Positions 28,399-38,017 of a DNA stretch of 38,112 bases are shown piece after piece. Location: the NCBI GenBank assembly GCA_026418695.1, contig JAOAAU010000054.1, positions 1-38,112 on the forward strand, written 5' to 3'. Under the pieces are notes generated by a model that worked only from the letters and a program-made list of their open reading frames with translations, searched no databases and was not told the DNA's origin. This DNA comes from Clostridia bacterium (GTDB lineage Bacteria > Bacillota > Clostridia > Acetivibrionales > JAFADI01). Both the position numbers and the translations under genes were made by a program. Every line of letters begins with the position of its first letter. The stretch's first letter is position 1.

Positions 28399-28481
28399 AA
28401 TGCCCTCCTCTTCAATCTATATCTCCGACTAGTGTTATCCTTTTTTTGTGCATAAAACAACAAATACTATTCTCTAGTTTC

Positions 28482-28510
28482 ATTCTATTATCAGAAACTT
28501 TATTTGTCAA
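28482..28510 (-). promoter_or_regulatory. ahcY promoter TTGACA-N17-TAGAAT
   Basis: Read directly on the minus strand, about 85 nt upstream of the start codon. Confidence 0.5.
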
Positions 28511-28798
28511 TATGTAATTGTATATGAATGAATTTAATTTACTTTGGGTTAATTATGATTTAATTTAATTACACTTCAAATGCTATCATCCATTTAATTA
28601 ACAACCTCCCAAATTCTTATATTTCTGGTTACAAAGTAATAGCATTCTGTGCGCATTGATCTGCCAATACTATTTTAAAAATAAGTCGGAAGAGAAACCT
28701 ATAATTTTTCAAAACAAGTCAAAGTTTCTTATTTGAGATAATAGGATAATGCTGTCGTAATTGATATAATAGTTTTATATCACGGAAAGGGTGATCGT

Positions 28799-29107
28799 AT
28801 GATTTTGGTATTCTTGTCGGTAGCCGTATTACTTTGTTTGTTCGTTTCCATCGTAAACTATTTTTACCAAAGACAGAAGTATAAATACTCCACCGATGAA
28901 GAAATGAAAAGTCTTTCGCTCTTCGAGTCACCCGCAACCTGGCGTATTTGCATCATTCTGTCCGCGTTAATGCTGGTAGGCACGATTGTTATCTGCAGCA
29001 AGTTTGTCATGGGTGGCCTTTCAAATATGGAGACTCAACAAAATACCATCAACCAATATCAGAATGATTCCTCCTATGAAAACACGGAAAATGGACAAGC
29101 GAATTAG
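28799..29107 (+). CDS. small membrane protein (102 aa), first gene of a two-gene operon
   Basis: An AAGGGTG SD precedes it, and an extended -10 TGATATAAT lies upstream. It has two hydrophobic segments and a Q/N-rich tail. Confidence 0.45.
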   Translation: MILVFLSVAVLLCLFVSIVNYFYQRQKYKYSTDEEMKSLSLFESPATWRICIILSALMLVGTIVICSKFVMGGLSNMETQQNTINQYQNDSSYENTENGQAN

Positions 29108-29123
29108 AAAGGAAAGTTCATTT

Positions 29124-30092
29124 ATGAAAAAGATAATAGGAATGATAGCATTCATTCTTACTGCGGTAATGCTATTTCTATTGATAAAAAATTCGATGAC
29201 ACCAAAACAATCAAATGCAATCCTCGAAAAAAACGATGTTCCGGTTCAACCACCCAGTTCAAAGCTAGCCTTTGGTGTCATCGGTGACGTTCACACCAAT
29301 GCGGCAGAACTGACGAATGCGTTAAGAGATTTTTGGAGTGTAAATCCCACAATGGATTTATTAGTGCTGAACGGAGATATTGTAGATGAGGGATTTGAAA
29401 AGGAATATACCACGATCAATGATTGTCTTACAGAAAACAAAAAACTGCTTCCCAAAACCGTCATAAAAAACATAGGAAATCATGAGTTTTTTGATTACAA
29501 AAAAGGCCAAAATTCCTTATCGGAGGCAGAAACATTCAGATCAAGATATTTGACCTTTTCCGGTGAAAAAAAAGTCTATCACGACCACTGGGTCAAAGAT
29601 TACCACTTCATATCCTTAGGCTCGGAAAGAACTTATACTTCCGATGTGAATTCCGTACAGGCATTCATTTCCGATGAACAGCTGAATTGGCTCAAGGATA
29701 AACTTGCAGAAGGCTATAAACCGGGTAAGCCGATCTTTGTCTTGCTGCATCAGCCCTATGCCGGAACAAAACAAAGGAATGAATTGAAGGATATCCTCTC
29801 CAAATATCCCGAGGTGATCTTGTTCTCCTCTCATACACATACGTATCTGGAAAATAACAACATCGCTTATCAAACCCAACCTTTCCTCGCAGTACATACC
29901 GGGGCAGTCCATCGTCCGCTTCGTTGGGAAAATAATACGGTTGGCAGAAAATCAACGGAAGTGAAAGGAAGCCAGGGACTTTATATAGAAATTGACGAAA
30001 GCAAAGTAGTGATTAAAGGCAGGAATTTTCTGAAAGGTGAATGGATCAATGATGGAGTTTATAGAGTGGACTTAAATCAAAATAATCCATAG
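29124..30092 (+). CDS. calcineurin-like metallophosphoesterase, N-terminally membrane-anchored
   Basis: GDVH, GDIVD and GNHE metallophosphatase motifs. Start is set at MKKIIGMIAF, which is a signal/anchor. The longer ORF-track start overlaps the upstream gene. Confidence 0.7.
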   Translation: MKKIIGMIAFILTAVMLFLLIKNSMTPKQSNAILEKNDVPVQPPSSKLAFGVIGDVHTNAAELTNALRDFWSVNPTMDLLVLNGDIVDEGFEKEYTTINDCLTENKKLLPKTVIKNIGNHEFFDYKKGQNSLSEAETFRSRYLTFSGEKKVYHDHWVKDYHFISLGSERTYTSDVNSVQAFISDEQLNWLKDKLAEGYKPGKPIFVLLHQPYAGTKQRNELKDILSKYPEVILFSSHTHTYLENNNIAYQTQPFLAVHTGAVHRPLRWENNTVGRKSTEVKGSQGLYIEIDESKVVIKGRNFLKGEWINDGVYRVDLNQNNP

Positions 30093-30128
30093 ATCATCCG
30101 GAGTTCTGCCTTTCCCCTCCATAAAAAC

Positions 30129-30161
30129 GAAAAAGGGAGTGCAGCCATGCATTCCCTTTTG
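30129..30161. terminator. bidirectional rho-independent terminator between the phosphoesterase (+) and glutaredoxin (-) genes
   Basis: AAAAGGGAGTGCA-GCCA-TGCATTCCCTTTT, with an A tract on one side and a T tract on the other. Confidence 0.65.
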
Positions 30162-30179
30162 TTACGCCAAGTTACCTTT

Positions 30180-30410
30180 CTATGCCTCCAGGTAACGATC
30201 AATCGCTCCCTGGTCAAACCCTACGATGATATTCCCATGAACATCAATTACCGGAACACCTCTCTGGCCGGATTTCTGCACCATTTCCATGGCTGCTTCT
30301 CTATCCTTTGATACGTCGATATCCTCAAACTCAACATTTTTAGATGACAGGTATTTCTTTGCTACCGTACACCATGGACACGTGGGTGTTGAATATACTT
30401 TAACTGACAT
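30180..30410 (-). CDS. glutaredoxin-like protein (NrdH/YruB-like, CPWC active site)
   Basis: 76 aa with TPTCPWC and a thioredoxin-fold pattern. Confidence 0.8.
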   Translation of the reverse strand: MSVKVYSTPTCPWCTVAKKYLSSKNVEFEDIDVSKDREAAMEMVQKSGQRGVPVIDVHGNIIVGFDQGAIDRYLEA

Positions 30411-30450
30411 CTTTATTCCCTCCTTCTTAAAAGTAAAATTTCTTAATAGT

Positions 30451-30473
30451 TATATACCCCCTACAGGTATATA
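30451..30473. promoter_or_regulatory. CsoR-type operator-like palindrome TATATACC-ccctaca-GGTATATA overlapping the glutaredoxin promoter
   Basis: Perfect 8-bp arms. The TTGAAA-N17-TACTAT promoter (30471-30499, minus strand) overlaps it on the -10 side. Confidence 0.5.
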
Positions 30474-30627
30474 GTAACAAAAACTTTATTGATTTTCAAT
30501 AAACTTCCAATATAGTTTATGCCTTAATTCCATGAAGAATCCATTGCAGGCACAAAAGATAAACAAAAAGACCCGAATGATTCCGGCTCTTATGATTCCC
30601 TTTTCAACTAGAAAGTTCATGATATCT

Positions 30628-30918
30628 TTAATCTACAAACCGCATAAAGCTTTGCATGGCCTTTGCAAGTTCATTCAATGCATTCTCCTTCTCCTCGCAG
30701 GAAACTGCATTTTGGATGCATGCCAGTGAATGCTTCTCCAGGATCAGACCGCCGACCTTATTGATGGCAGCCCGAACTGCCGCAATCTGCGTCAAAACCT
30801 CGGAACATTCCTTCCCCTCTTCGATCATTTTTTGAATCCCTTTTACCTGTCCCTCGATTCGTCTAAGCCTTTTTAACAGTTCTTCCTTTGATTCAACCTT
30901 GTTTTCAGTATGATCCAT
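30628..30918 (-). CDS. CsoR/RcnR-family metal-sensing transcriptional repressor
   Basis: 96 aa with the DUF156 fold signature and a Cys36...His62-x3-Cys66 ligand pattern like Cu(I)-sensing CsoR. Confidence 0.75.
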   Translation of the reverse strand: MDHTENKVESKEELLKRLRRIEGQVKGIQKMIEEGKECSEVLTQIAAVRAAINKVGGLILEKHSLACIQNAVSCEEKENALNELAKAMQSFMRFVD

Positions 30919-31115
30919 GCAAAATCTCCTTCAGTACGGGATAGGGCTATAAAAAAATTATAGTATTCAGGATGCAACTTTTCAATAGGATTGTGCGTTT
31001 GGAATGACATATTCATTCCGTAATTCCACCTTTCCATCTGTTCACAAAACCGGACATCAAAAGAGAAGATATAAAATTTTTATTGTGCTACACTTGAACA
31101 TAAGGAGGTGATGAT

Positions 31116-31973
31116 ATGGAATGGTTGAAGCAGCTGAGCCAGGCCATTGATTATCTGGAAAATAATCTGGATGGTGATATTTCCTATGATGAAGCCGCAA
31201 AAATTGCTTGCTGTTCCACCTATTATTTTCAGCGGATGTTTTCCTATGTAGCCGGCATTCCGCTATCCGACTATATTCGTCGCAGGCGAATGACAAAAGC
31301 TGCTTTTGATTTGCAGCGGAGTGAAGAAAAAGTTACGGACATTGCTTCCACGTATGGTTATGATTCCCCCACCTCATTCCATCGTGCATTTCAAAGTGTT
31401 CACGGAGTAGCGCCTACGGCTGCCCGTAAGGAAGGAACATTATTAAACGCTTATCCCCGCATTAGTTTTTCTATTCATGTTACTGGAGGTGAAGGTATGA
31501 AGTATCGGGTTGAGACAAAGGACCCTATCCGGATTGTTGGGATCAGAACTGCTATTCAAGCAGATATCGAACTAAATTTCAAAACGGTCCCTGCCTTCTG
31601 GGATGCAACATTAAAAAGCAATTTATTTTCAGAAGTATGCAAATTGTCCAATCAAAGCCCTCAGGGGATCTTAGGCGTTACAGCTTATCAAAACCCACAA
31701 GACATCTACTATTATATCGCAGCAACCACAGATGCGCCTGTACCGGAAGGAATGACGGAATTCAGCATTCCGGCGGCTACCTGGGTAATCTTCGAATGTG
31801 ACGGACACTTTCAAGAATCCGTCCAAACCATCTTCAAGCGGTTTCTTACGGAATGGCTTCCGTTTTCGGGATATCAGTATGCCGAATTACCGGATATAGA
31901 AGTCTATCCCATCAGTAACCCGAATTTAAAAGGCGGGCATTCTGAAGTCTGGATAGCTGTTAAGAAAGAATAA
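31116..31973 (+). CDS. AraC-family regulator with GyrI-like effector-binding domain
   Basis: AraC HTH (CCSTYYFQRMF...RRRRMTKAAFDL...SFHRAFQSVHGVAPTAARK) plus a GyrI-like C-terminal domain. Confidence 0.8.
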   Translation: MEWLKQLSQAIDYLENNLDGDISYDEAAKIACCSTYYFQRMFSYVAGIPLSDYIRRRRMTKAAFDLQRSEEKVTDIASTYGYDSPTSFHRAFQSVHGVAPTAARKEGTLLNAYPRISFSIHVTGGEGMKYRVETKDPIRIVGIRTAIQADIELNFKTVPAFWDATLKSNLFSEVCKLSNQSPQGILGVTAYQNPQDIYYYIAATTDAPVPEGMTEFSIPAATWVIFECDGHFQESVQTIFKRFLTEWLPFSGYQYAELPDIEVYPISNPNLKGGHSEVWIAVKKE

Positions 31974-31991
31974 TATCAAGGAGGAAAAGCA

Positions 31992-32450
31992 ATGAATTAC
32001 GAAGTAGGAGTTAAGGATATTGAGCCCATCAGAGTCGCTGTCATGCGCTACAAAGGAATTGTTACCGGCGCATCAAAAGTGTTTCCCGCCGTATTTAAAT
32101 CGATCCGGGGAAAGGCTAACGGAGCACCCTTTTTCTGCTATCATGTGGTGGACCAAGAAACCAAAATCGGTGAAATGGAATTGTGTGTCCCTACTGCGGA
32201 AACCCCAGACTGTAACGGAGTTACGGTCAAGGAAATGCCAAGAATAAAAGCCCTTAGCGTGATGCATGTTGGCCCTTATGAAACCATGCATCACGCCTAT
32301 GAAGCCATCGACCGCTACGCGCAGGAAAAGAAACTTACTTTACAGCCGCCATTCCGTGAGGTCTATATCAAAGGACCGGGAATGCTGTTCAAAGGAAATC
32401 CCAGCAAGTATATTACAGAAATCCTATTCCCAATCAAAGAGGAGGCATAG
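31992..32450 (+). CDS. stand-alone GyrI-like small-molecule-binding domain protein
   Basis: 152 aa, co-operonic with the regulator and the ABC exporter. Confidence 0.6.
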   Translation: MNYEVGVKDIEPIRVAVMRYKGIVTGASKVFPAVFKSIRGKANGAPFFCYHVVDQETKIGEMELCVPTAETPDCNGVTVKEMPRIKALSVMHVGPYETMHHAYEAIDRYAQEKKLTLQPPFREVYIKGPGMLFKGNPSKYITEILFPIKEEA

Positions 32451-32451
32451 C

Positions 32452-33414
32452 ATGCCGGCAATTGAAGTCAACAAATTGGTCAAGCAGTATAAGAATGGCG
32501 TCAGAGCGCTGGATGATTTAAGCCTGACAGTAAACAGCGGGGAAATCTTTTCTCTGCTTGGCCCCAACGGTGCAGGCAAATCTTCGCTGATTAATATCCT
32601 CACCACCTTTTATAAACCCTCATCCGGGAAGGTCACCATGCTGGGTAAAGATTTGTGCAGGGAACCGGCCTGGGTTCGCACTCAGATTGCCTGTGTAGCT
32701 CAGCGTGTTTCGATTGATGAGCACCTGTCACTGATGGAAAATATGATGTTTCAGAGCAAGCTTTATAGAGTAGACCCGCAGGCGGCAAAAGAAAGAATTC
32801 ATTCTCTAATTGAAAGCTTTGAACTTTCCGGGTATCTGAAGTACCCTACATCCTCTTACTCGGGCGGGGTAAAACGAAGGCTGGACATCGCGATGAATAT
32901 GGTCTCGTTCCCAAAGATTCTGTTTTTGGATGAACCCACCGTAGGGATGGATGTTGATTCACGAAAAGCCATGTGGAAAATGCTGCTGAAAATACGGGAA
33001 GAATATGGCACAACGATTTTCCTTACAACTCACTACCTAGAGGAAGCAGACCAATTGAGTGATACCATCTGCATCATGAAGGATGGAAAGGAATTAGCCC
33101 AGGGAAGCCCGGCTTCCTTACGCAGCTATATCCGTCAAAACCTGCTTCGCATTACCTTCCCTGCTGCTGCAGAGGCACGAAAATACAAAGATGCCCTTCA
33201 CCATACCAGGTTCATTAAGTTCGCCAGCGTGAGGAACAATTCTGTTTTTGCAGGTGCGGAGGATGTCAGGGCGGCTTTTACTTCTGTGAACAAGTGGCTT
33301 TTGGAGCATCATGTAGAATTTGATGCAATCGAAATCACAGAACCCAGCCTGGAAGATGTCTTTCTGGCAATCACAGGTTCAGGAGAAACAAGAGAGGAGG
33401 GATGGGTATGTTAA
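32452..33414 (+). CDS. ABC transporter ATP-binding protein
   Basis: Walker A GPNGAGKSS, signature YSGGVKRR, Walker B LFLDEPT. A GAGGAGG SD lies 6 nt upstream. The longer ORF-track start has no SD. Confidence 0.85.
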   Translation: MPAIEVNKLVKQYKNGVRALDDLSLTVNSGEIFSLLGPNGAGKSSLINILTTFYKPSSGKVTMLGKDLCREPAWVRTQIACVAQRVSIDEHLSLMENMMFQSKLYRVDPQAAKERIHSLIESFELSGYLKYPTSSYSGGVKRRLDIAMNMVSFPKILFLDEPTVGMDVDSRKAMWKMLLKIREEYGTTIFLTTHYLEEADQLSDTICIMKDGKELAQGSPASLRSYIRQNLLRITFPAAAEARKYKDALHHTRFIKFASVRNNSVFAGAEDVRAAFTSVNKWLLEHHVEFDAIEITEPSLEDVFLAITGSGETREEGWVC

Positions 33415-34157
33415 ATATTCTATGGAGAAATTTGAAATGGCGTTTTCAAAATCCCATTTCCATCGCAGTTACAATGCTGCAGCCACTGCTTTGGCTCGTG
33501 ATGTATAGCGCTGTTGCAGGCCAGACAATGCAGAATACGGGAATCAGCAATTACACTGCTTTCATCCTGCCCGGTGTTATCGTGCTTGTAACGTTTTCTG
33601 CCTGCTGCAGCGGAGGGATCATCAACTATATTATGAAATCCCGCGGCAGCTTCTACAGAGTACTGATCTCCCCTGTGAGCCGAAGCTCTATCGTGCTTGG
33701 ACAAATGCTGGAAGCCACCCTGGTTTCCTTTATTGAAGTAACCGTTTTGTGCATTGTGAGTCTTTTTTTCTCGGTAAAAGTTGCGTCCGGCATTGCCGGT
33801 ATCGCCCTCATGATGCTGCTGATCTTTTTGACTGCATTTTTTTTATCGAGTCTCGCCTATGCCATCAGTCTCTTCCTGCCGAATGAAGTGATTTATGAGA
33901 CCATCATGACTGCAATTATCCTGCCTGTCTTTTTTTTGAGCTCAGCGCTTTTCCCTACCGAAAACTTACACGGAGGGCTTGCGATCGCTATCAACCTCAA
34001 TCCGTTTACACATGTTATTAACGTTCTGCGAAGCTTGATATTTGGACAAATGATCTCGTTTATATATCTTCTGCCTGTCATTGTCCTTTTTACAGCGATG
34101 TGCTGCGGAAGCTTCGCTCTGGCAATGTGGAGACTCAAAAAAGAAACTGCTCAATAA
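33408..34157 (+). CDS. ABC-2 type transporter permease
   Basis: Six TM helices. A GAGGAGGG SD precedes it, and its start overlaps the ATPase stop. Confidence 0.75.
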   Translation: MLNILWRNLKWRFQNPISIAVTMLQPLLWLVMYSAVAGQTMQNTGISNYTAFILPGVIVLVTFSACCSGGIINYIMKSRGSFYRVLISPVSRSSIVLGQMLEATLVSFIEVTVLCIVSLFFSVKVASGIAGIALMMLLIFLTAFFLSSLAYAISLFLPNEVIYETIMTAIILPVFFLSSALFPTENLHGGLAIAINLNPFTHVINVLRSLIFGQMISFIYLLPVIVLFTAMCCGSFALAMWRLKKETAQ

Positions 34158-34172
34158 TAGGAGATTATGCAA

Positions 34173-34925
34173 TTATTCCATCAGGATGTTCAACATCCTC
34201 TTCGTGTCATTGATAAAAGTGCGCATGACCTGGTAATGCTCCGTATCTTCATACTTCACAGTCTCAAATTGCTCTTTGACTTCATAGATCCGTGCATTGG
34301 GATATGCCATCAAAATTGGCGAATGGGTCGCTATGATGAATTGTGACCCATTCTTTACCAGTTCATGCATCCGGGTGATCATCGCCATCTGACGCGAGGG
34401 AGACAGCGCAGCCTCAGGTTCATCCAATATGTAGATCCCGTTGCCCCTGAACCGGTTTGAAAAGACTGCCAGGAAGGATTCCCCATGGGATTGCTCGTGT
34501 AATGAGATTCCTCCGTATGAACTTATCAAGGGTGGCCCGAAAGACGGTTCAGCATCCAGTTCATCAATGGTGGTGGCCATATTATAGAAGCTTTCTGCTC
34601 TTAGAAAGAATCCGTCATTCGGCCTTCTTGCCCCTTTCACCACCCGTATGTATTGATTCAATTCGGAATGGGTATCTCTGGATGAGAAATTAAAGTTCTT
34701 TGTTCCACCTTCTGCGTTAAATCCGTATGCAACCGCGATGGCTTCCAATACGGTTGATTTTCCGGACCCGTTTTCACCTACAATAAATGTTACGTCACGA
34801 TGGAAGTCCAATGTGCGCAGATTTTTTATTGCAGGCAGGCAAAATGGGTATTTTGAGAAATCAGGTACCTTATCCCTGTTTAATTCAATACTCCTGATAT
34901 ATTGGTAGATGCAATCTGTTTTCAT
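34173..34925 (-). CDS. AAA-family ATPase (ABC/SMC-like, AAA_21-type, stand-alone)
   Basis: Walker A GENGSGKST, Q-loop/signature-like region, Walker B YILDEPEAALS, and H-loop ATHSP. Confidence 0.65.
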   Translation of the reverse strand: MKTDCIYQYIRSIELNRDKVPDFSKYPFCLPAIKNLRTLDFHRDVTFIVGENGSGKSTVLEAIAVAYGFNAEGGTKNFNFSSRDTHSELNQYIRVVKGARRPNDGFFLRAESFYNMATTIDELDAEPSFGPPLISSYGGISLHEQSHGESFLAVFSNRFRGNGIYILDEPEAALSPSRQMAMITRMHELVKNGSQFIIATHSPILMAYPNARIYEVKEQFETVKYEDTEHYQVMRTFINDTKRMLNILME

Positions 34926-35021
34926 TCACAAACCCCTCAGTATCCTACAAACTGCTTTATTCTTATTCTACCAGTTGATTCTCCAATCTGCATTATAATC
35001 TTGAGAAATAGTATGTTTACC

Positions 35022-35375
35022 TTATTCTTCAACGAAAATTTCATTTTCCAGGTTGAAGTTTGGCGTATGTACCAATACTAATCTGGCTTCCTTTTCACTG
35101 TTGTTAACATATGAAAACTTTTTCCCTTTTTCAATCAAACAAAAGTCTCCTTCTTTAAGCATGTATTCTTTCCCCTCAATAGTGAATACCACTTCTCCCA
35201 AAATAACATAGTAGTATTTGTCAGACTGTTTTGAATAGGCTGTCTTGTGGCTGCAAAACCCGGGTACGTCGATAATTGCAAAAGAAGATTTGTTGTCACT
35301 GAGATCGGCGGTATAGTCAAATATTTTTAGTCCTCCGAAATCAATAGGTTGTAATTCGTGTCTTTCTTTATACAT
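35022..35375 (-). CDS. cupin domain protein
   Basis: 117 aa with a double-stranded beta-helix pattern (YYYVILGEVVFTIEGKEYMLKEGDFCLIEKG). Confidence 0.55.
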   Translation of the reverse strand: MYKERHELQPIDFGGLKIFDYTADLSDNKSSFAIIDVPGFCSHKTAYSKQSDKYYYVILGEVVFTIEGKEYMLKEGDFCLIEKGKKFSYVNNSEKEARLVLVHTPNFNLENEIFVEE

Positions 35376-35424
35376 AACTGATATCCTCCTCTATAAAACT
35401 TTAATAATACATAATTCTTATATA

Positions 35425-35937
35425 TTAAATGCTGGAACCAAGTCTTTTTCGCCAATAACATTGTTGATTGTTTATTTCAACCAATTCACAGCCATTATGT
35501 TCAATCACTTTTCTTGAAGCTATATTGCTTTCCCGACAAGTAATCAGTACTTCTTCTATCCCTTTTTCTTTTGCCTTTTTAAGTAATTCGCGCAGGATTA
35601 GAACGCCATACCCTTTTCCTCTCTCAGAAGGCCGAATGGTATATCCAATATGTCCGCCATTCTTTTTCAAGTTATCATTAAGGTGATCTCTTAATTTACC
35701 TGCTCCTACAGGTTTCTTATCGACGAACAGCCAGTACATCGTTTGAGGAACAAATTGCGGCTGTAGATTAATGCCTTTGGCCATATCGGAATTCATTTGC
35801 AAATACCCGGAAAATGATTGGTAATCCATATCATAACCAGTATTTGTATAACCGTTTTCTCCCGGACCTATTTCTTTTATCATGTCAAATATGTCTTTGC
35901 CATCATCCATTGATAATTCTTTTAGCTCAATGATCAT
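35425..35937 (-). CDS. GNAT-family N-acetyltransferase
   Basis: RGKGYG acetyl-CoA-binding motif with the usual GNAT surroundings. Confidence 0.75.
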   Translation of the reverse strand: MIIELKELSMDDGKDIFDMIKEIGPGENGYTNTGYDMDYQSFSGYLQMNSDMAKGINLQPQFVPQTMYWLFVDKKPVGAGKLRDHLNDNLKKNGGHIGYTIRPSERGKGYGVLILRELLKKAKEKGIEEVLITCRESNIASRKVIEHNGCELVEINNQQCYWRKRLGSSI

Positions 35938-35996
35938 TTTCTACCTCCAAATATTTCATACTATAGAATACTATGAGCCGGTTATTTTTTAATGCA

Positions 35997-36359
35997 CTAA
36001 TGTTTTCTTCTATAGTCGAACCTGTCGGCAGGCACATTTAATGTATGATCATTAATCATTACCGTATCATTATCAACCCATTTTATATTTGCAAAATCTT
36101 CTCTATAATTCCAATAAATATTTTGAGGCTTTTTCTTGATCGTATTAAAGTTCAACTCCCCTAAGACAGCGTATGAAGTAGTCGCTCCTCCATCAGATAA
36201 ATAAGCTTTTATTGTATACGTTCCGTCGGGAGACTGTGCTTCAGAAATCAGTTTACCCTTAGGCAACCGCCCCATATCAATAAATGCCCAGTAATAAGCA
36301 TACGTTAAGAGCCCAGCAATGATTAGCAAACAAATTATCAATTTCTTAAACAACTGCAT
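35997..36359 (-). CDS. DUF5412-like membrane-anchored protein
   Basis: N-terminal TM segment (LIICLLIIAGLL) followed by the SPDGTYTIKAYLSDGGATTSYAVLGEL pattern. The start position is uncertain (ATG abutting GGAGG, or TTG at 6 nt). The upstream part of the ORF-track ORF is not treated as coding. Confidence 0.45.
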   Translation of the reverse strand: MQLFKKLIICLLIIAGLLTYAYYWAFIDMGRLPKGKLISEAQSPDGTYTIKAYLSDGGATTSYAVLGELNFNTIKKKPQNIYWNYREDFANIKWVDNDTVMINDHTLNVPADRFDYRRKH

Positions 36360-36736
36360 CCTCCATGAGTCTAAAATAAATTTTAATATTATTACTTCAC
36401 CGTACAGTTCGATCAATAAAGCGTAAGGATGTCCCGTGTAATTCACATAGCCACTGCATTTGTGAAGCGATATGGTTGAGTCCACAATCCCAGCGCTGTA
36501 TTCTAGTGATAGAAATAGCATTTTTGATTAATCAAATTATATAAAAACATTCCATATTATTCAATAATTGGCACGAATAAGATAGTAACAATAAGCTATG
36601 TCCACACTGAAGCAGTTTGTGCCCGCCTTACATCAGTGTCCAAGTTGGCTAGCTTTATAAAGCATTATAAAAGCAAAGAAGTTATCAAGTTCATGAACTT
36701 GATAACTTCTTTTTATCCATTTTTCTATCACTTCAA

Positions 36737-38017
36737 CTAATCAAGCTTATACGGTTTTTCATCAATTATACTTTTAAGTGCATCCTCCACATTGTCCTGG
36801 CAATCTATGAAAGATACTTCACAATAGAAGCCATCCTCTTTCCACGTATAAACAATAACTTCCGGTCTGAGTTCATACCGAAACACTGCCTTTTCATACC
36901 CTTTTAGGGATTCTACTTTTATCATTTGTGGTGAATTGGGTCCACCATTTTTAAATACGATAGTTCCATTTCGAGCGGCTTCATCATAAACAGCACCGTC
37001 CTTTCGTTGGGTAAAGGCAATAAAACTCTTTCCATTACGGTAGACCATATTAAGCTCATACAATATTTTCTTATTCTTTATATCAGAATTCGCGGTAATG
37101 CCTACATGAGCCATAGTTGCTTTGAAATCACCGGGAATATTGATTGGAAATTTCAGATTAAACCCCAGCATGCCTTTGGCTTTTTGCAAATCTTCCTTAT
37201 CGTAAATGGGCAATTGTGCTATTTCAGTGGATACCTCAGGGCTCAACCCTTTATAAATCGAATTTTCCAGCTTCTCATCCGGATACTGAATGGATAATGC
37301 AATCCTTTCAACGTCTTTCTGGGGAAGATCCAGCCAAATCGTAGTTGTTCCGCTAGAATTTTTAATAGTCTCATTATATTTGATAGCGCACTCTGTCTCC
37401 TTATCCTGCCATACAAAATATGTACTTACGATTTCCAAAGGCTTTGGTCCCTTGAAGACCTGTTTTATTGTAAGCTTTGAACCTTTTAATGCACCGATAT
37501 CGAAAGCGGTGGAATTACTTTCAATGTCGACATTTATTTTGTCCGCTTCTCCAATAAATTGATTCCTGGCGTTTTCCGGTAAAAACTTCGAGAGGTTTAT
37601 TGTAGAGGTTAGAAACTCATAACTGAAACTGCGTTTTTTATTATTCTCGGTTCTATAAAATACTTTCAGAACATTGGCTTCTTTTGAAGCTTTCAACAGT
37701 TGAAATCCATCGGCTTTATACCCTACCGGCATATAGGCCGGTACCTTGAATTTGAATCCTGCAACCTGCTCTACCTTTTTTATATCGCTATACACTTTTA
37801 CAGCATCATCTATCAGAAACTTGCTCTCCTCTTTTTGTGGTTGTTCCTTCGGTGTTACAATGGCGGCTGTATCTTGGGTATCCATCTGATGAACTTTTTC
37901 CTTTTCGGCACTGTCAGGACTCAAAGCGATTGTAAGCGTAAATGCGCTTGCAACAATGACGCAAACGATCGCAGCAGCAGTAATTTTGTAATTATTCTTT
38001 CTAAATCTTTTGATCAT
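36737..38017 (-). CDS. membrane-anchored extracytoplasmic protein, DUF4367-like tandem domains
   Basis: Start is set at MIKRFRK, which has a GAGGA SD. It has a single N-terminal TM segment, and the two halves (VAGFKFKVPAYMP... and MLGFNLKFPINIP...) look duplicated. Confidence 0.5.
   Translation of the reverse strand: MIKRFRKNNYKITAAAIVCVIVASAFTLTIALSPDSAEKEKVHQMDTQDTAAIVTPKEQPQKEESKFLIDDAVKVYSDIKKVEQVAGFKFKVPAYMPVGYKADGFQLLKASKEANVLKVFYRTENNKKRSFSYEFLTSTINLSKFLPENARNQFIGEADKINVDIESNSTAFDIGALKGSKLTIKQVFKGPKPLEIVSTYFVWQDKETECAIKYNETIKNSSGTTTIWLDLPQKDVERIALSIQYPDEKLENSIYKGLSPEVSTEIAQLPIYDKEDLQKAKGMLGFNLKFPINIPGDFKATMAHVGITANSDIKNKKILYELNMVYRNGKSFIAFTQRKDGAVYDEAARNGTIVFKNGGPNSPQMIKVESLKGYEKAVFRYELRPEVIVYTWKEDGFYCEVSFIDCQDNVEDALKSIIDEKPYKLD

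Noticed and set aside
28399-28800. SAH riboswitch upstream of ahcY
   Set aside because: The leader is AT-rich. It lacks the GC-rich pseudoknot and conserved core of the SAH riboswitch. Only a plain sigma-A promoter and SD are visible.
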